Virus record (IMG/VR): IMGVR_UViG_3300048691_000182
Location: 32,280-96,279 of that record
Origin: a virus
Length of the DNA stretch: 64,000 bases
Direction: 5' to 3' (one strand)
Of the stretch, positions 21,671-33,282 are shown one piece after another. How positions within the stretch are numbered: position 1 is the stretch's first letter; each line of letters starts with the position of its first letter. The notes beneath the pieces are model-generated. The model was not told where the DNA came from, made no database searches, and worked only from the letters and a program-made list of their open reading frames with translations. The position numbers and the translations under genes are program-made.

Positions 21671-21756
21671 TACTATTTCCTTTAAAATTTATAGGCATAA
21701 ACTCCATACAACCAATAAAGCTTTTGCCTATTGGTTGTATGGGTTTAAACTAGTTT

Positions 21757-22626
21757 TTAAGCACGACCAATGGACGAGCTAGCCAGAGTATCTACACCTT
21801 CTTTGTAACCAGAGGCTGCTGCTGCATCAGCAGAGATACCAGACACAAAAGCTGCACGCATGTTAGGGTTTGCATTGTTTAGCACAATGTTATCCAACAT
21901 ACGCTGAGCGAGTACGTTACCGCCAAGATTGTATTGGCAGATGCTAGAGAAAGGAATTGACAATGAAGGCATTTCCATAGCAGCTGTCAAATCACGTTTA
22001 CCTTCAATTGCACCAGTGCCCTTGGGGAACATATTAGTAGCTAACCACGAATGAATAACCTTGCGTCCTGTGGCATCAGGTTCAATGAAGATGCATGTAG
22101 CTGAATACATATCAGCCAACATGTCATCTGGTTTATTGCCAGTTAAAGTAGCGATGCCTGGAATCTTTGAGTCTGGATTCATCATACCCATGGTAATCCA
22201 GTCAGAGATGAAAGTCTGAATAGGGCGACCATATTTATCATGACCAAAGTTAAACGAAATGCTACTAGGGGCACGCTTAACGTCAACGATTTCTTCTTGT
22301 ACTTCACCAGCACCGCCAACAGGTGTACTGGTTGTTTCCACAGTCAGTTCAGCATTCAAACCTTCGATTGACTGGGCATGCAGTTCAAACAAAGCTTTAA
22401 GCGCACTAACCCATTTATCTTTATTTGTCAGATAATCGAAGAATTTAGGTGCTTCGATTAAAATACAAATAATATTGCGACGCACATACGCACCGTTACT
22501 AACCCACTGGGTCAAGTCTGGCGCGTAACCATGTTGACCGCCATAAGTCAGGTCCAACATCTTCGCATTGGCATTTTCACTATATGCTTGGCTATCAAGC
22601 AAAGCAGCAGTTACACGACCTGTCAT
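21757..22626 (-). CDS. Tail tube protein (phiKZ gp30-like)
   Basis: 289 aa directly downstream of the sheath; WLATNMFPK-type tube motif. Confidence 0.75.
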   Translation of the reverse strand: MTGRVTAALLDSQAYSENANAKMLDLTYGGQHGYAPDLTQWVSNGAYVRRNIICILIEAPKFFDYLTNKDKWVSALKALFELHAQSIEGLNAELTVETTSTPVGGAGEVQEEIVDVKRAPSSISFNFGHDKYGRPIQTFISDWITMGMMNPDSKIPGIATLTGNKPDDMLADMYSATCIFIEPDATGRKVIHSWLATNMFPKGTGAIEGKRDLTAAMEMPSLSIPFSSICQYNLGGNVLAQRMLDNIVLNNANPNMRAAFVSGISADAAAASGYKEGVDTLASSSIGRA

Positions 22627-22697
22627 AGAAAAACTCCTTAAAATGTTTGGAATAAAAACAAGATATTTCTACCTTGTTTTTATTTATTTTTTTTTTA

Positions 22698-24794
22698 TTA
22701 GGCGGCAACAAAGTCGCTAATACGGTAAGCTTGTACGCTAGTAGTCATCACTGTCTTCATGTTGGACGCGTAAATCTTTACAGGCAGAGTCCAGCTATAA
22801 CCACGTTGATCGTCAGCACTACTGACGTAAGCTGCTGGTTGCATGATAAAGCGGTTATCAAAACGACCTTCAAGCAAGCTGGTGGTTTTAGCATTAACTT
22901 TCTCAACCAGTTGATCGTTGCTTAGATTAGCGCCAGAGCTACCGCTGTAGAAACGCCAAACACGCTCAGCTACCTTATTGATTTCACAAATGGCCATAGC
23001 TGTAAAGAAGCTATTAAGCACAGAAGTGTCATCAGAACAAACTGTTTTCAAAGCAGGGAAGAAGTAACTACGCAGATCATAAGACTGGACCCAATTCAAA
23101 CCAACATCCCAGTCTTTATTACGCGCAGTTGCTGGCGTGAACGTAACATTGAAGTTAGTCATGTTATCCAGAACAGAGCCAGGAGCACCATCAAAGTTAG
23201 AACCAGCTTTCCACTTACCATTTGCAGCACCCATGTACTTAGCTGCTTTCACAGCAATTTCCATAGTGGTGGGAACGTCTTGTGTGAATTGGCTATTACG
23301 CAGTTTACCACTACGACCCATGATCATACCGCGTACCACAGGGGTGCCAAAGTAATCCGATTCAGGAGTAAGCTGTAAACGAGTGCGCAAAGCAACAGCC
23401 AGTGAGTGCTCTTCTGATGCAGTCAAAGCAACCGCACCAACGGTGTGGGTACCGAGCACAACAAACGTGTCTTTACGTACTGCAATAAAATTACAGAGCG
23501 CTTTCTTGGTGTCCAGAGGAAAACCACTATCGTAAATAATGGATTCAACGTTAACCGCTGTGTCCATCAGTTTTGAGTTAGAATTGCTGTACTCGTTAAC
23601 TTCAGCTGTGACTAAGTCAGCAAACAATGCGTCGCTCATTGTGCCATCAGAACCAGACTTAGCGTAAATATTGGTATATTCGCTAGGACGAACAACGCCA
23701 GTACCTGTGCTCAAGATCTGGAAAGTGTTATAGTAGTTACCATTAGACGACTGACCAGACACCATGTTAAACAAATAGGATTCATTTGCAACACCAGTAA
23801 AATCTGACGAATCAGTTTTATTTGGATATTCAGCAGCGTAGAACATATCAACTAAAGTTTTGATATTGTTTTTGTAAACCACCATATCACCAAAATCGCA
23901 ATACTGGATTGGGTATGTTGGATCTGTCAAGTTACGGTACTTATCCAAGAACACATCACCGACATAAAGTTGTGAGTCAGTGACTGGATCAATAACACCT
24001 GGCTTCAGGGTCAGAGTAACGCGTTGCTCAGCAAAGTTAGTTTCAATAACTTTAGGGCTAGAATTAACATCGTCACGGCGAATCAGAGCCATAAAGAAAG
24101 GATAAGCCTTTTCTCTGGTTAACAAAGCTTCACTCACCAAAGTGTTAACTTCGTTGGTAGGTGCCCACAGACGCAAACCAACATCATTACCAAAAGCACC
24201 TTTACTAAAGGCTTTCAGTTCCATGATAGGGTATCGCTGTGATTGAGCGGCTGTAGTGGTGTCAGTTTGATCGCCAGCAACAATACCAGCTGCACCAAAC
24301 GTCTGCATAAGGACGTTAGTGTTACGAGTCGTGACTACCCATTTAACTGTATAACCTGCAACTGTTGAACCAGTAGGAACTTTAGCTCCTTGGGCATCAG
24401 TGACAAAGCTACCATCGGCATTACGGGTATATAAAGGAACCGTAGTTGGAAGTACGTCCAAGGACAGTAACAAATTAGATTCTGGACCAGCATCAGCAGG
24501 AATAACACGCTGATACATACACTGATTACCTTCGGCGTTAACCAAATTAGCCAGCACAGTAGCATGGTTAGCCCAAGGCTTGCGCAGATCAAAAGAGTCT
24601 GCATGAAAAGCTTCAGACCGGGTATCTCCAACCAGCAACTGAGGAAGAGTAACGCCTTTCTTTGCGTAAAGATAAATCTTTGGCAAATGTTGGGGGATGT
24701 TTACAGCTTCTCTTACTGGGGGGCGTGTACTCAGATCCTGCGTGCCTTGAAGCACTGTTTGTGGCGACGCATTAATGATTGTCGTTTGGGTCAT
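22698..24794 (-). CDS. Contractile tail sheath protein (phiKZ gp29-like)
   Basis: 698 aa; sheath-like YDSGFPLDTK and C-terminal GYSWTLPVKIY..NMKTV; high-expression codon usage. Confidence 0.85.
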   Translation of the reverse strand: MTQTTIINASPQTVLQGTQDLSTRPPVREAVNIPQHLPKIYLYAKKGVTLPQLLVGDTRSEAFHADSFDLRKPWANHATVLANLVNAEGNQCMYQRVIPADAGPESNLLLSLDVLPTTVPLYTRNADGSFVTDAQGAKVPTGSTVAGYTVKWVVTTRNTNVLMQTFGAAGIVAGDQTDTTTAAQSQRYPIMELKAFSKGAFGNDVGLRLWAPTNEVNTLVSEALLTREKAYPFFMALIRRDDVNSSPKVIETNFAEQRVTLTLKPGVIDPVTDSQLYVGDVFLDKYRNLTDPTYPIQYCDFGDMVVYKNNIKTLVDMFYAAEYPNKTDSSDFTGVANESYLFNMVSGQSSNGNYYNTFQILSTGTGVVRPSEYTNIYAKSGSDGTMSDALFADLVTAEVNEYSNSNSKLMDTAVNVESIIYDSGFPLDTKKALCNFIAVRKDTFVVLGTHTVGAVALTASEEHSLAVALRTRLQLTPESDYFGTPVVRGMIMGRSGKLRNSQFTQDVPTTMEIAVKAAKYMGAANGKWKAGSNFDGAPGSVLDNMTNFNVTFTPATARNKDWDVGLNWVQSYDLRSYFFPALKTVCSDDTSVLNSFFTAMAICEINKVAERVWRFYSGSSGANLSNDQLVEKVNAKTTSLLEGRFDNRFIMQPAAYVSSADDQRGYSWTLPVKIYASNMKTVMTTSVQAYRISDFVAA

Positions 24795-25166
24795 GTTTTA
24801 TCCTATTAAAAAACAAATTTGAAATTTACTCTTTTTATAAACCTCAGGCATACAGATAATTCTTATTGAACATTTCGAATAAACCCTGCCGACTAACTAG
24901 TCTGTCGCCAGCATATGATGGCTCTGACAAACACTTGGGGTCCATTTAATGCTATGAATAGAATTAGTAGAAATATCCTTACTAATTAGTTTGCATTAAG
25001 TCATAAAGTTATCAGATTAGTTGCTGATACCTCCAGTGTAAATTAATAAGTTACAAAATATTTTTACCCATCAAATCAGGCTCTGTCTGAAATGATGAAA
25101 GCTCATTCTATAATGTATAAAAATTACACCAACACCTTATTAAATTAAATTTTAGGATTGACTTAA

Positions 25167-26111
25167 ATGACAGTATTCAAATCGGCTTATGAAACCACTA
25201 TTGGTACTGGTCTTCATACTAAAAATATAGCTTTACAATTACGACAAGTATTAGTATCGACATCGTCTAATTCTATTTTTTCTGGTGACCAAGAACCCTA
25301 TCTTGAATCAATCACAGGTAAGGATGTTAGCCACGCATCTGTTCCTGTGTTTGTTCACCCTTACTTAGTTGACGGTATTGATAAAAAGAATTATCTGTTT
25401 ATTGACTACCGCCCATTTGTTAAAATAGATTCTGTTGATAAATGGGAACCTAAGGTAATTGTTAAAAATACCGTTGAGTATAATTTTGCTAAAGCAAGAT
25501 TACTTATCAACAAAGTTTTACTCACGCAAGGGTCTGGAAGCTTATCTGGTTTGTCTTCTCTTCCAATGGGTGTTTTTGCCTCATGGATCAGTGAGGCTGT
25601 TACACACAGATTTGCTCTCGATATGTCTGAACAGGTTAAGTTAACTGTTTTGGCTTGTATTTATTACCAAACTTTGTTTGTTGAAAATGAAGACTTGGAT
25701 GAACAAATGTTGAATGTCTTTAAAGCCAATGCTATCAGAGTACTTAAAATACCTGCGACAATTGTTTATGAAGTAACAGACAACATTCCTTTGTTCACTA
25801 ACATTAAATCTCTTTGTGAAGTAATCAAAACTAAGTTAGAGAATTCTAGATTAGAAGATTTTAACGAAGGTATATTAATCACCATGCTAAAGAATACATG
25901 GTACGGGAGTAACGCTGCCGAGATTTTAGCTGTAGCTTTAGAACACACCCCTACCTGGGTTTCTCTGGTTTATACCTCTATTTCAGAGAGAACATTTAAA
26001 AACTCCACTATTGCTAAAATAACAGAACGTTATTCTAAAGGTGGGGCGGGCGAAGCATTTCAAAAAAGCTTTGTTACCTTAGCTTTAAGTGTTGATACAG
26101 AAGTCAAATAA
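25167..26111 (+). CDS. Conserved structural/assembly protein (phiKZ gp28-like)
   Basis: 314 aa, divergent from the sheath; synteny. Confidence 0.6.
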   Translation: MTVFKSAYETTIGTGLHTKNIALQLRQVLVSTSSNSIFSGDQEPYLESITGKDVSHASVPVFVHPYLVDGIDKKNYLFIDYRPFVKIDSVDKWEPKVIVKNTVEYNFAKARLLINKVLLTQGSGSLSGLSSLPMGVFASWISEAVTHRFALDMSEQVKLTVLACIYYQTLFVENEDLDEQMLNVFKANAIRVLKIPATIVYEVTDNIPLFTNIKSLCEVIKTKLENSRLEDFNEGILITMLKNTWYGSNAAEILAVALEHTPTWVSLVYTSISERTFKNSTIAKITERYSKGGAGEAFQKSFVTLALSVDTEVK

Positions 26112-26117
26112 CCACTC

Positions 26118-26153
26118 TATACTCCAGTGAGTTTTAAAACTCACTGGAGTATA
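26118..26153. terminator. Perfect 36-bp palindrome/hairpin
   Basis: tatactccagtgagtttt|aaaactcactggagtata. Confidence 0.65.
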
Positions 26154-26181
26154 TCCTCATTTTTATCATGGGATTTTATAC

Positions 26182-28770
26182 ATGTATGATTACTTAGTAG
26201 ACCATGCAATTAAAAATGTATGGTGCACTCCAAACCAAGACAACCAAAGAATCTATGCACCTAAGAGATTAACCCCTAACGGTGGTGTGAGAAATAGCTT
26301 TAGAGTACTTTGGCGCTTACTTGCTATGCCTGATTTAGTTTCACAGTGGCATGTTTACCAGGTGGGTCAAGTGCATCCTGTAATTCTTAATCTTTTACCC
26401 GATGAAGGTAAGTGGACTAGTTTTACCGAGGCTATAAATACTAGAAAATTAATTTGTGATATTTATACAGATCAAGGTGTTCAGATACCTAGGTTTAATA
26501 GCTTCTTTCAATTCACAGAAGACCATAATTTAATTATAGCCATTAGAAAGAATGTTAAGCTACCTATTGATTTTAATAACGATCAGCCTTTTATTCGTTT
26601 ATATTCTAATGCTTATTTTGCAAGTGAAAGAGCAGATGTAACAGATGAATTAATTTATTCAGAAGGGTCTATTGTTACTAATACTGAACAAATTCTAGAT
26701 TTACAAAATGCTTATACGCGTTATAGTTTACTTACTGAAGGTGCAGCATATGCATTTGTAAATGGCTATAAGGTTTCTGGAATTAATTTGTTCACAGCTT
26801 CTGTAGGTGATACTTGCGAATTTGTATATGATTCGTCTATTTACAAAGTAGTTGATTTTAAAGTAGGTGATCTTGGTGTTTTTAACAGCACACTTGACAC
26901 TACATTAAAGTATTTCCTTCATTATCCAGGTGTTGATAATCAGACAATTGATTATAGAGACGATATTGATTTCTTTTTGGTATATCCAGGAGAACCTAAT
27001 AGTAAAGGTTTATGGTACCATAAAAATCAAGACGCTAGCGTTAGGATGATAACACATAGAGATTACTCACTGCCTACTGCTTTTATTGCAGGTTATCAAA
27101 CTCAATTAGCGGCAATGATAGGTACGGGTAATGAATACATACCCCAAAATCTTATTGTACGTCTACATATTAGAAAATCAGGTTACGATAGGGCTTTAGT
27201 TTTTGATGCTAATAAAATTAAAGAACTATATAAATTACCACCTAACCTCATACCTAGAGCTATGCTTGGTATTGACGCCACACTTCCTAATTGGCAGGTA
27301 GATACATTAGAGAGTTCTGGGTATACAGAAATTATGTCAGCTGATTGCTGCGATATTACTAACGCTTTGGTAAATAAAGCTTATGGTTATAACGCTTTGA
27401 GTAAACTACTTGGCAGTACCCCGCAGTTTACTAGATATGAATCTAATCGTAAGCTGGTGGATTTACCTTATGGATTACAGTCTAAAAGCACTGTTTATGA
27501 ATACGATAGCGAAGGTATTCTAACCCACTGGGATACACACTTAACAGGGTCTAGATATGATTGTGTTAATTTAACAACTAACATGATCGAGGTGTTTTCT
27601 GGTACTGGTGGTAACGAGCTATCGGATAGATTTACATTAGACTCCATTAACGTAGATGCCACACAGAGCTATAGAGTATATTACAATCCTTTAAGTACAG
27701 TTGGTATTCCTGGTGACTGGACTGACATTACAGGTACTGATAAATACATTGTTACTAACGGTTTATTAACTAGAAGTAATGATATAATTTTAGGTACTTT
27801 AATGGTACGTACTGAAGCTAAATTCTTGGCTTACGACTTAGAGTTAAACATGGTGCGGGGCGAGCTTCGTTTTGGACTACAACAGTTCAGAATGGTAGGT
27901 ACTGTTAACACCAGTGTTTCGATGGAAGTGCCTTGTGGCCAGTTAGATTTATTTCTAAATGGTAGATCTCTAATCCGTAATCTTGATTATTTTATTAAAT
28001 TCCCTGAAATAGTCATTATTAATAAAGAGTATTTAAACGATCCTTTAAACACTAAACAAAAAATTCATGTGAGAATGTCTGGTTATTGTGAAGAAACTTT
28101 ATCTGTTAATACACCTAGTGATATGGGTTTTATTGAGCACGGTTTATTGTCTAACAACGATAAGTTTGATTTAAGAGATGATAAAGTCTTACGCATAGTT
28201 GTAGATGGGAAACTCTATGACAAAAGTGAGATGATTTTCTCTGAAGAACACTCGGGTGTAAGTATACAAAACCCTATTAATGGTAAACCTTATTCTGTTC
28301 AAGATATTGTTGTGCCTTTAAGGGATTATGTTGCTGAACCTACTTTTACTGTTAGAAATAGAGCCGTCTTAGTTGACAACGCAGTTAAGCAATACTTAAC
28401 TCTTAAAATACCTCAACCTGTAAGAAATCCTATTAGCTCTATTGAAAGACGCTATACGGTTTTTAGTCCTTTTATCTGTAAGATTATTTATGACCTGGAA
28501 TCAGGTTTATTAGACGATTCCAGATACAAGACAAATTACAATGACATGACAGCAAGAGCTGTTTGCCAACCCTATGAGTATTTACTTGAATATGACCCAA
28601 CTCAACAAGATCAGGCTGTTAACGATAGATATGTTGTCGTTCACCCGCATAATCTGACAACTACAATAGACTTAGATTTATTTAGTTACAGATTTGTTGA
28701 AAGAGTTCTAAAGATATATACAAATAACTTAGTCAAACTCTCAGGCTACGTAACACTATCCTCAACTTGA
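26182..28770 (+). CDS. Virion structural protein (phiKZ gp27-like, likely baseplate)
   Basis: 862 aa; N-terminal NVWCTPNQD; synteny. Confidence 0.7.
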   Translation: MYDYLVDHAIKNVWCTPNQDNQRIYAPKRLTPNGGVRNSFRVLWRLLAMPDLVSQWHVYQVGQVHPVILNLLPDEGKWTSFTEAINTRKLICDIYTDQGVQIPRFNSFFQFTEDHNLIIAIRKNVKLPIDFNNDQPFIRLYSNAYFASERADVTDELIYSEGSIVTNTEQILDLQNAYTRYSLLTEGAAYAFVNGYKVSGINLFTASVGDTCEFVYDSSIYKVVDFKVGDLGVFNSTLDTTLKYFLHYPGVDNQTIDYRDDIDFFLVYPGEPNSKGLWYHKNQDASVRMITHRDYSLPTAFIAGYQTQLAAMIGTGNEYIPQNLIVRLHIRKSGYDRALVFDANKIKELYKLPPNLIPRAMLGIDATLPNWQVDTLESSGYTEIMSADCCDITNALVNKAYGYNALSKLLGSTPQFTRYESNRKLVDLPYGLQSKSTVYEYDSEGILTHWDTHLTGSRYDCVNLTTNMIEVFSGTGGNELSDRFTLDSINVDATQSYRVYYNPLSTVGIPGDWTDITGTDKYIVTNGLLTRSNDIILGTLMVRTEAKFLAYDLELNMVRGELRFGLQQFRMVGTVNTSVSMEVPCGQLDLFLNGRSLIRNLDYFIKFPEIVIINKEYLNDPLNTKQKIHVRMSGYCEETLSVNTPSDMGFIEHGLLSNNDKFDLRDDKVLRIVVDGKLYDKSEMIFSEEHSGVSIQNPINGKPYSVQDIVVPLRDYVAEPTFTVRNRAVLVDNAVKQYLTLKIPQPVRNPISSIERRYTVFSPFICKIIYDLESGLLDDSRYKTNYNDMTARAVCQPYEYLLEYDPTQQDQAVNDRYVVVHPHNLTTTIDLDLFSYRFVERVLKIYTNNLVKLSGYVTLSST

Positions 28771-28782
28771 AAGAAATAAATA

Positions 28783-30468
28783 ATGGCAACTTCTGATATA
28801 AGTACGTCAGGTATCACAGGTTCAGACGGTGTTACACCGTTGTACTCTCCTAACGAAAGATGGTGTATTTGGAATCTTGATGAAATTTATGTTGGTACTG
28901 TTGGTACTAAGCGGTATGTTCCAAAGATAAATGATTATGTTGTAGATATTACTTCTGGTACTTTTTACAAAGTAAGAACCATTGATCCGGTTACTCTTAT
29001 ATGCACTTATGACCAAGTAAACATTAATACCGTTGATACCTCTCTGAGTGAAAATGATATTTTATTTGGTGTTGGCCCAGGTACTCAGTCTGACACGTAT
29101 CTCGCTTATGTAGATGCAAGTGTGGTTCCTAGTATTCTAGCTGTTGATGCCAGACTTCGCATTGGTGGCAGTATGGCTAGTTACTGTAAAATCTTTAAGG
29201 GTGCTGATGTTTCTAGCTCTGGCAAGGTAATCAGTAGAGTATACGATCAAAACGGAACTTTGTTAACGCAGAACATTCCTCTTGAATTAGCAGCAATTGA
29301 TTCACACACTAACCACAGTATCAAAATTGTAAGCGTAGCACACACCGTTGAAACTTTGACTGATGGTGAAATTGTAACTGTTGTTGTTTATGATGATGTT
29401 GGGCACGTTGTATCTAAACGGCAATTACTGGTAGAAAATACTGCTTTTATTCGTTCTATCAATGTATCTCAGAAATATATTTCGCATATTTCTTTAGCCA
29501 GTCCATTCATGTCTTCTTCAGATAACACTCTGATTGAACTACCTATCAACGTTCTTGTTGAAGGTTTGGATTTATATGGCATTGTGCATTATTCCGATGG
29601 TACGACCTTGAAGTTACCTGTAGACGGTACTAAGTTTAGAATGTTTGGGCTTGAGCAGTATTTAGGTACTGTTGTTGGGCAGCGCGTCCAGCTTGTGTTA
29701 CGTTATGCTTTAAGCACTGGTGAAACTGCCTATGGCGCAGTAAGCGGTGATGGTAAATCAATAACTAAACAATTTACTCTTAATTCACTTGTTCAAAACG
29801 GTGCTTATGCTGTTAAACTGTTTGGTTATCCTGTTTGGGTGGACACAGTAACCGGTTACAAGATGGAGTGGTTCCTCTACAGCTTAGATAGAAACATTGT
29901 CTACAATGTAACTGATTACGTTAGATATAGTGCTGTAACTGGAGCTTTCAGACCCAAGGCTTATGGTTTCTCTCAGGACTTAACTGTAAGTATTAATTTG
30001 CGTGACGTTAGTGGTTCATTCAAATCCTATATCCATGCACAAAACTATAATGTTGTGTTAGTTGACAATGGAGCAGCAAGAACTACTAACTGGACTGTTA
30101 CTTATGAGCCAGGACAAGTTCCGTTGTTTGGTGTTGGTCTTCACGCACAAGCTACTTTGGTTAGTGCTAATAACTACAAACTGACTGTGCACTCTGGTTT
30201 AACTACCAAGGCTGATTGGCTCAATAGAGTTTATTATGCATCTAAACCTATTATTGATTTAGAGCGGGAAATTACTGCACCTGAACCAAATTTCTTTGCT
30301 ATTATTGCTGGTAATAATCGTGTTGAATTCAGTATTGATGACTGGGATAAAAACTTGACAATTGGGTCGGGTCCAGTTATTAACGGAACTGTATTTATTG
30401 AGTTCTTTAAACGTGTTTCAACTAACGATATTCAGTTAGCTATTGCTGGCATGCCTATCTATAATTAA
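28783..30468 (+). CDS. Virion structural protein (phiKZ gp26-like)
   Basis: 561 aa, beta-rich; synteny with the terminase. Confidence 0.7.
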   Translation: MATSDISTSGITGSDGVTPLYSPNERWCIWNLDEIYVGTVGTKRYVPKINDYVVDITSGTFYKVRTIDPVTLICTYDQVNINTVDTSLSENDILFGVGPGTQSDTYLAYVDASVVPSILAVDARLRIGGSMASYCKIFKGADVSSSGKVISRVYDQNGTLLTQNIPLELAAIDSHTNHSIKIVSVAHTVETLTDGEIVTVVVYDDVGHVVSKRQLLVENTAFIRSINVSQKYISHISLASPFMSSSDNTLIELPINVLVEGLDLYGIVHYSDGTTLKLPVDGTKFRMFGLEQYLGTVVGQRVQLVLRYALSTGETAYGAVSGDGKSITKQFTLNSLVQNGAYAVKLFGYPVWVDTVTGYKMEWFLYSLDRNIVYNVTDYVRYSAVTGAFRPKAYGFSQDLTVSINLRDVSGSFKSYIHAQNYNVVLVDNGAARTTNWTVTYEPGQVPLFGVGLHAQATLVSANNYKLTVHSGLTTKADWLNRVYYASKPIIDLEREITAPEPNFFAIIAGNNRVEFSIDDWDKNLTIGSGPVINGTVFIEFFKRVSTNDIQLAIAGMPIYN

Positions 30469-30475
30469 ACATACT

Positions 30476-30514
30476 CTACTACTACACAAGCTATAAATGC
30501 TTGTGTAGTAGTAG
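30476..30514. terminator. Bidirectional hairpin terminator flanked by CATA/TATG
   Basis: 16-bp inverted repeat ctactactacacaagc / gcttgtgtagtagtag between convergent genes. Confidence 0.75.
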
Positions 30515-30526
30515 TAGTTATGCTTT

Positions 30527-32686
30527 TTAATATCTTTGTCTATAATTGCTGTAATTTTGAGTATTGTGTTTTGCTACTCTATTGGCTCTTTTAGACTCTC
30601 TAACATTATTAATAAGTTCATCAACAGAGAAGACTTCACCCTCTTCTAAAACAATAGACCTATTTAAAGATCTTAATTTTTGTTCTAGTTTAAGTATAAT
30701 AAAATCATCGTTTGTTTTACTTAGCTCTTCTTCAATAGCAACTATTTCTTGTCTGATATAATTTTGCTCCATTAGAAAATCATATTCAGCCTGGGTAGTT
30801 ACTTTATTCTTATTTGAAGCTGAGAATATTTTCTTACTGTCAATCCCATAAAAAGAAAGATTAGTAGCTTTAGTTAAGAACCAAAATATCAACAACCACG
30901 CAATTACCATATCGTCATGCATACCTTTTAAATGGTCCACACGATTATTAATAATTAACAAACTTGTTATCTGGTCTATGGTTGTCTTATCTCTAACTAA
31001 GTTTCCACCTTGTTTAGCGGCTAGTTGTAACGTAGTTGAATAAAGCTCACTTCGACTAGTTAGGCCTGAACCCGTAGTAATAAATCCAAATGTTTTCTTA
31101 TTAGTAGTGTAGACGTGCGAAGGTCTTCTCCCAAAAGGAATATTTAAATCTCTCCAGGTCTCTTTATCTTCATCACCTTTTTGAACAGCCATATTAAATA
31201 ATCTTTTAAATGGGTCAATACCTTTTGCAGGTAACATTAAAAGTAAATAATCAATAATAGCCACACCAGATGATTTTCTTTCAATAATAACAGTTAGATT
31301 GTCGTATTTAACAATCCAATCACAGATCCATTCAGCAAAAGTAATTAAATTAGTTTCATTGTAATTACCTGCACAGATAGTACCACCGTCGACAATATCT
31401 GCTAATAATAAAGATATATCATCACCACCAGAAGCATCGCTGGTATCCAGCGCCATTACAAAGTTACTAGATGACATTATTCTACCTAGTTCGTCTTGAT
31501 TCACATACCACTTTGTAATGTAGTTGTAGGGTGCGGCTATTTTGGTAGTAAAGTTTAAGTCTTGTGAATTTCTGATTCTAGTAAGTAGTTCAACAGACAA
31601 CGGAGACGATTGCGAACCAGAAGTCCAAACGTTAAAGAAGTCTCTGTCTGCATCCTCACCTTTTTGGATAGCATCTTCAATAGCGCGCTTTAACCACTCG
31701 TCGTCCTTACCTAGCTGAGTGTGGTTAAAAGTAGCATTGATGCGGAGCTTACCTGTTCTGGAGTTTAATTTAATTAATTTCTCCAACTCTTCTAAATTTT
31801 TAGCATCTAAAAAAGCCTCAGTCCATTCAGCAGCTTCTTGTAAGAGATCAAAAATATATCTACCGTCTTTATCGTCACGCTTACCAGCCGTAGTAGTAAT
31901 GATCGTACCGTGTGGTTCGTCATTTCTTCTGGCTTCGTCTCTTGCTGCCGTACCTGCTGCTAAAGCTGCTGGCATAGAGATAGCTATATTTGGTTGGAAA
32001 GGTGCTTCGTCAATATGGAATACAGGACTAGTTAAACCTCTCCCAACTTTTAAAGCATCTTTAGGCGATTTTTGAGGAACATGTGCGCGGTAATTATTAC
32101 CCATCGACTTAATACTAATTTCTTCTAAGTTATTAGTATCAGATTTAGATCTTTGTCTAAGGTAAGGAGGTAGCTCACTATCAATGTCTTTAATGCGTCT
32201 AATGTTGGTAGCACGTAGACCATCATCTTTAGTTAATAAGTTAATGTCTGTATTAGTACAGAGAATATTCATTAACAAAACCATTAATTCGTCCACAGAT
32301 AAAGATTTACCTGTTTGTCGAATCTGAATAAGAATAATGGTAATGTGATTAAAAAAACTCCAATATAAGCAAATATTACCTCTATTGGCCATTAGCATGC
32401 TAGACTGGGTGCCTGATGTAGCTGGGACTCTTGCCACTTCTCTAAAGAAGTACCATGGATTTAGTTTGCACTCTAAACCAATAGCCAGTTTCTGGTCTAA
32501 AGTTAAAAACTCAGAATGCGGATCTACTCCGTCTAATTCTTGGTTGTAAAGTGCAAGTAGGAAACAGTTGTTCTTAACACCCATTTCCTTGTATAAATTA
32601 GCTAGTTTTAAAAAGCTTTTATTACTTGTGTTATAGTGAATGGTGGCACCTGGCCACATTTTCCAATCTTCTTCAAATAGTATCAT
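30527..32686 (-). CDS. terL: Terminase large subunit (phiKZ gp25-like)
   Basis: Walker A IRQTGKS, Walker B FHIDE, motif III TTT, nuclease ALDTSDASG and HDDMVIA. Confidence 0.92.
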   Translation of the reverse strand: MILFEEDWKMWPGATIHYNTSNKSFLKLANLYKEMGVKNNCFLLALYNQELDGVDPHSEFLTLDQKLAIGLECKLNPWYFFREVARVPATSGTQSSMLMANRGNICLYWSFFNHITIILIQIRQTGKSLSVDELMVLLMNILCTNTDINLLTKDDGLRATNIRRIKDIDSELPPYLRQRSKSDTNNLEEISIKSMGNNYRAHVPQKSPKDALKVGRGLTSPVFHIDEAPFQPNIAISMPAALAAGTAARDEARRNDEPHGTIITTTAGKRDDKDGRYIFDLLQEAAEWTEAFLDAKNLEELEKLIKLNSRTGKLRINATFNHTQLGKDDEWLKRAIEDAIQKGEDADRDFFNVWTSGSQSSPLSVELLTRIRNSQDLNFTTKIAAPYNYITKWYVNQDELGRIMSSSNFVMALDTSDASGGDDISLLLADIVDGGTICAGNYNETNLITFAEWICDWIVKYDNLTVIIERKSSGVAIIDYLLLMLPAKGIDPFKRLFNMAVQKGDEDKETWRDLNIPFGRRPSHVYTTNKKTFGFITTGSGLTSRSELYSTTLQLAAKQGGNLVRDKTTIDQITSLLIINNRVDHLKGMHDDMVIAWLLIFWFLTKATNLSFYGIDSKKIFSASNKNKVTTQAEYDFLMEQNYIRQEIVAIEEELSKTNDDFIILKLEQKLRSLNRSIVLEEGEVFSVDELINNVRESKRANRVAKHNTQNYSNYRQRY

Positions 32687-32687
32687 T

Positions 32688-33215
32688 TTAACTCACTAGG
32701 CTTGGATTAGACATTAAGTCTAATAAAATTCTTATTGATTGTTTAGCGTCAGACAAAGGGTTATGAATAGGTAGTTCATCGCTTAGTCTTTTTCTAGTGG
32801 CAATAGGGTCCTTACCTGTCATAAATAAAAGACTGGAAATATCTAACATAGGTAATGGCCCTTCCCATGCTCTATCTAAATTATCTTTAATACAAGCAGA
32901 TAAAAAATTACTCTCAACAGGCCAGCCACAGTCTGTTACTAGTAATGCTCCTTTACTTTTCCAATATTTCCATTTCTCCCAGAAAGCATTTCTCATTTCT
33001 ATTAACGTAGTGTGTGATATTTCTAATGGTGGTATATTTTCATTTACCCATTTAAGATCTGATATTTGTCCATCGCAAAGTTCTCGGGGGCAAGAAAACA
33101 TTTGTTCATCGTGTACTATTCTATCTTTGTCTACAACAACATACCCAACAGCAAAAGCGTCCCCATGTAGTCCTATAGATTCTACGTCAAAACACATGTA
33201 TAAAGTTTTATTCAT
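32688..33215 (-). CDS. DEDDh 3'-5' exonuclease/exoribonuclease
   Basis: FDVESIG (ExoI) and HNPLSDA (ExoIII). Confidence 0.75.
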   Translation of the reverse strand: MNKTLYMCFDVESIGLHGDAFAVGYVVVDKDRIVHDEQMFSCPRELCDGQISDLKWVNENIPPLEISHTTLIEMRNAFWEKWKYWKSKGALLVTDCGWPVESNFLSACIKDNLDRAWEGPLPMLDISSLLFMTGKDPIATRKRLSDELPIHNPLSDAKQSIRILLDLMSNPSLVS

Positions 33216-33282
33216 TTCTTCTCTTCTAATTATAAATTTAGTTTACTACACAGGTTTTTAATCCGTGTAGTAAACTAAATAG

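Noticed and set aside
24795-25166. Structured ncRNA in the sheath/gp28-like intergenic gap
   Set aside because: Only short hairpins are present, and divergent promoters adequately explain the gap.
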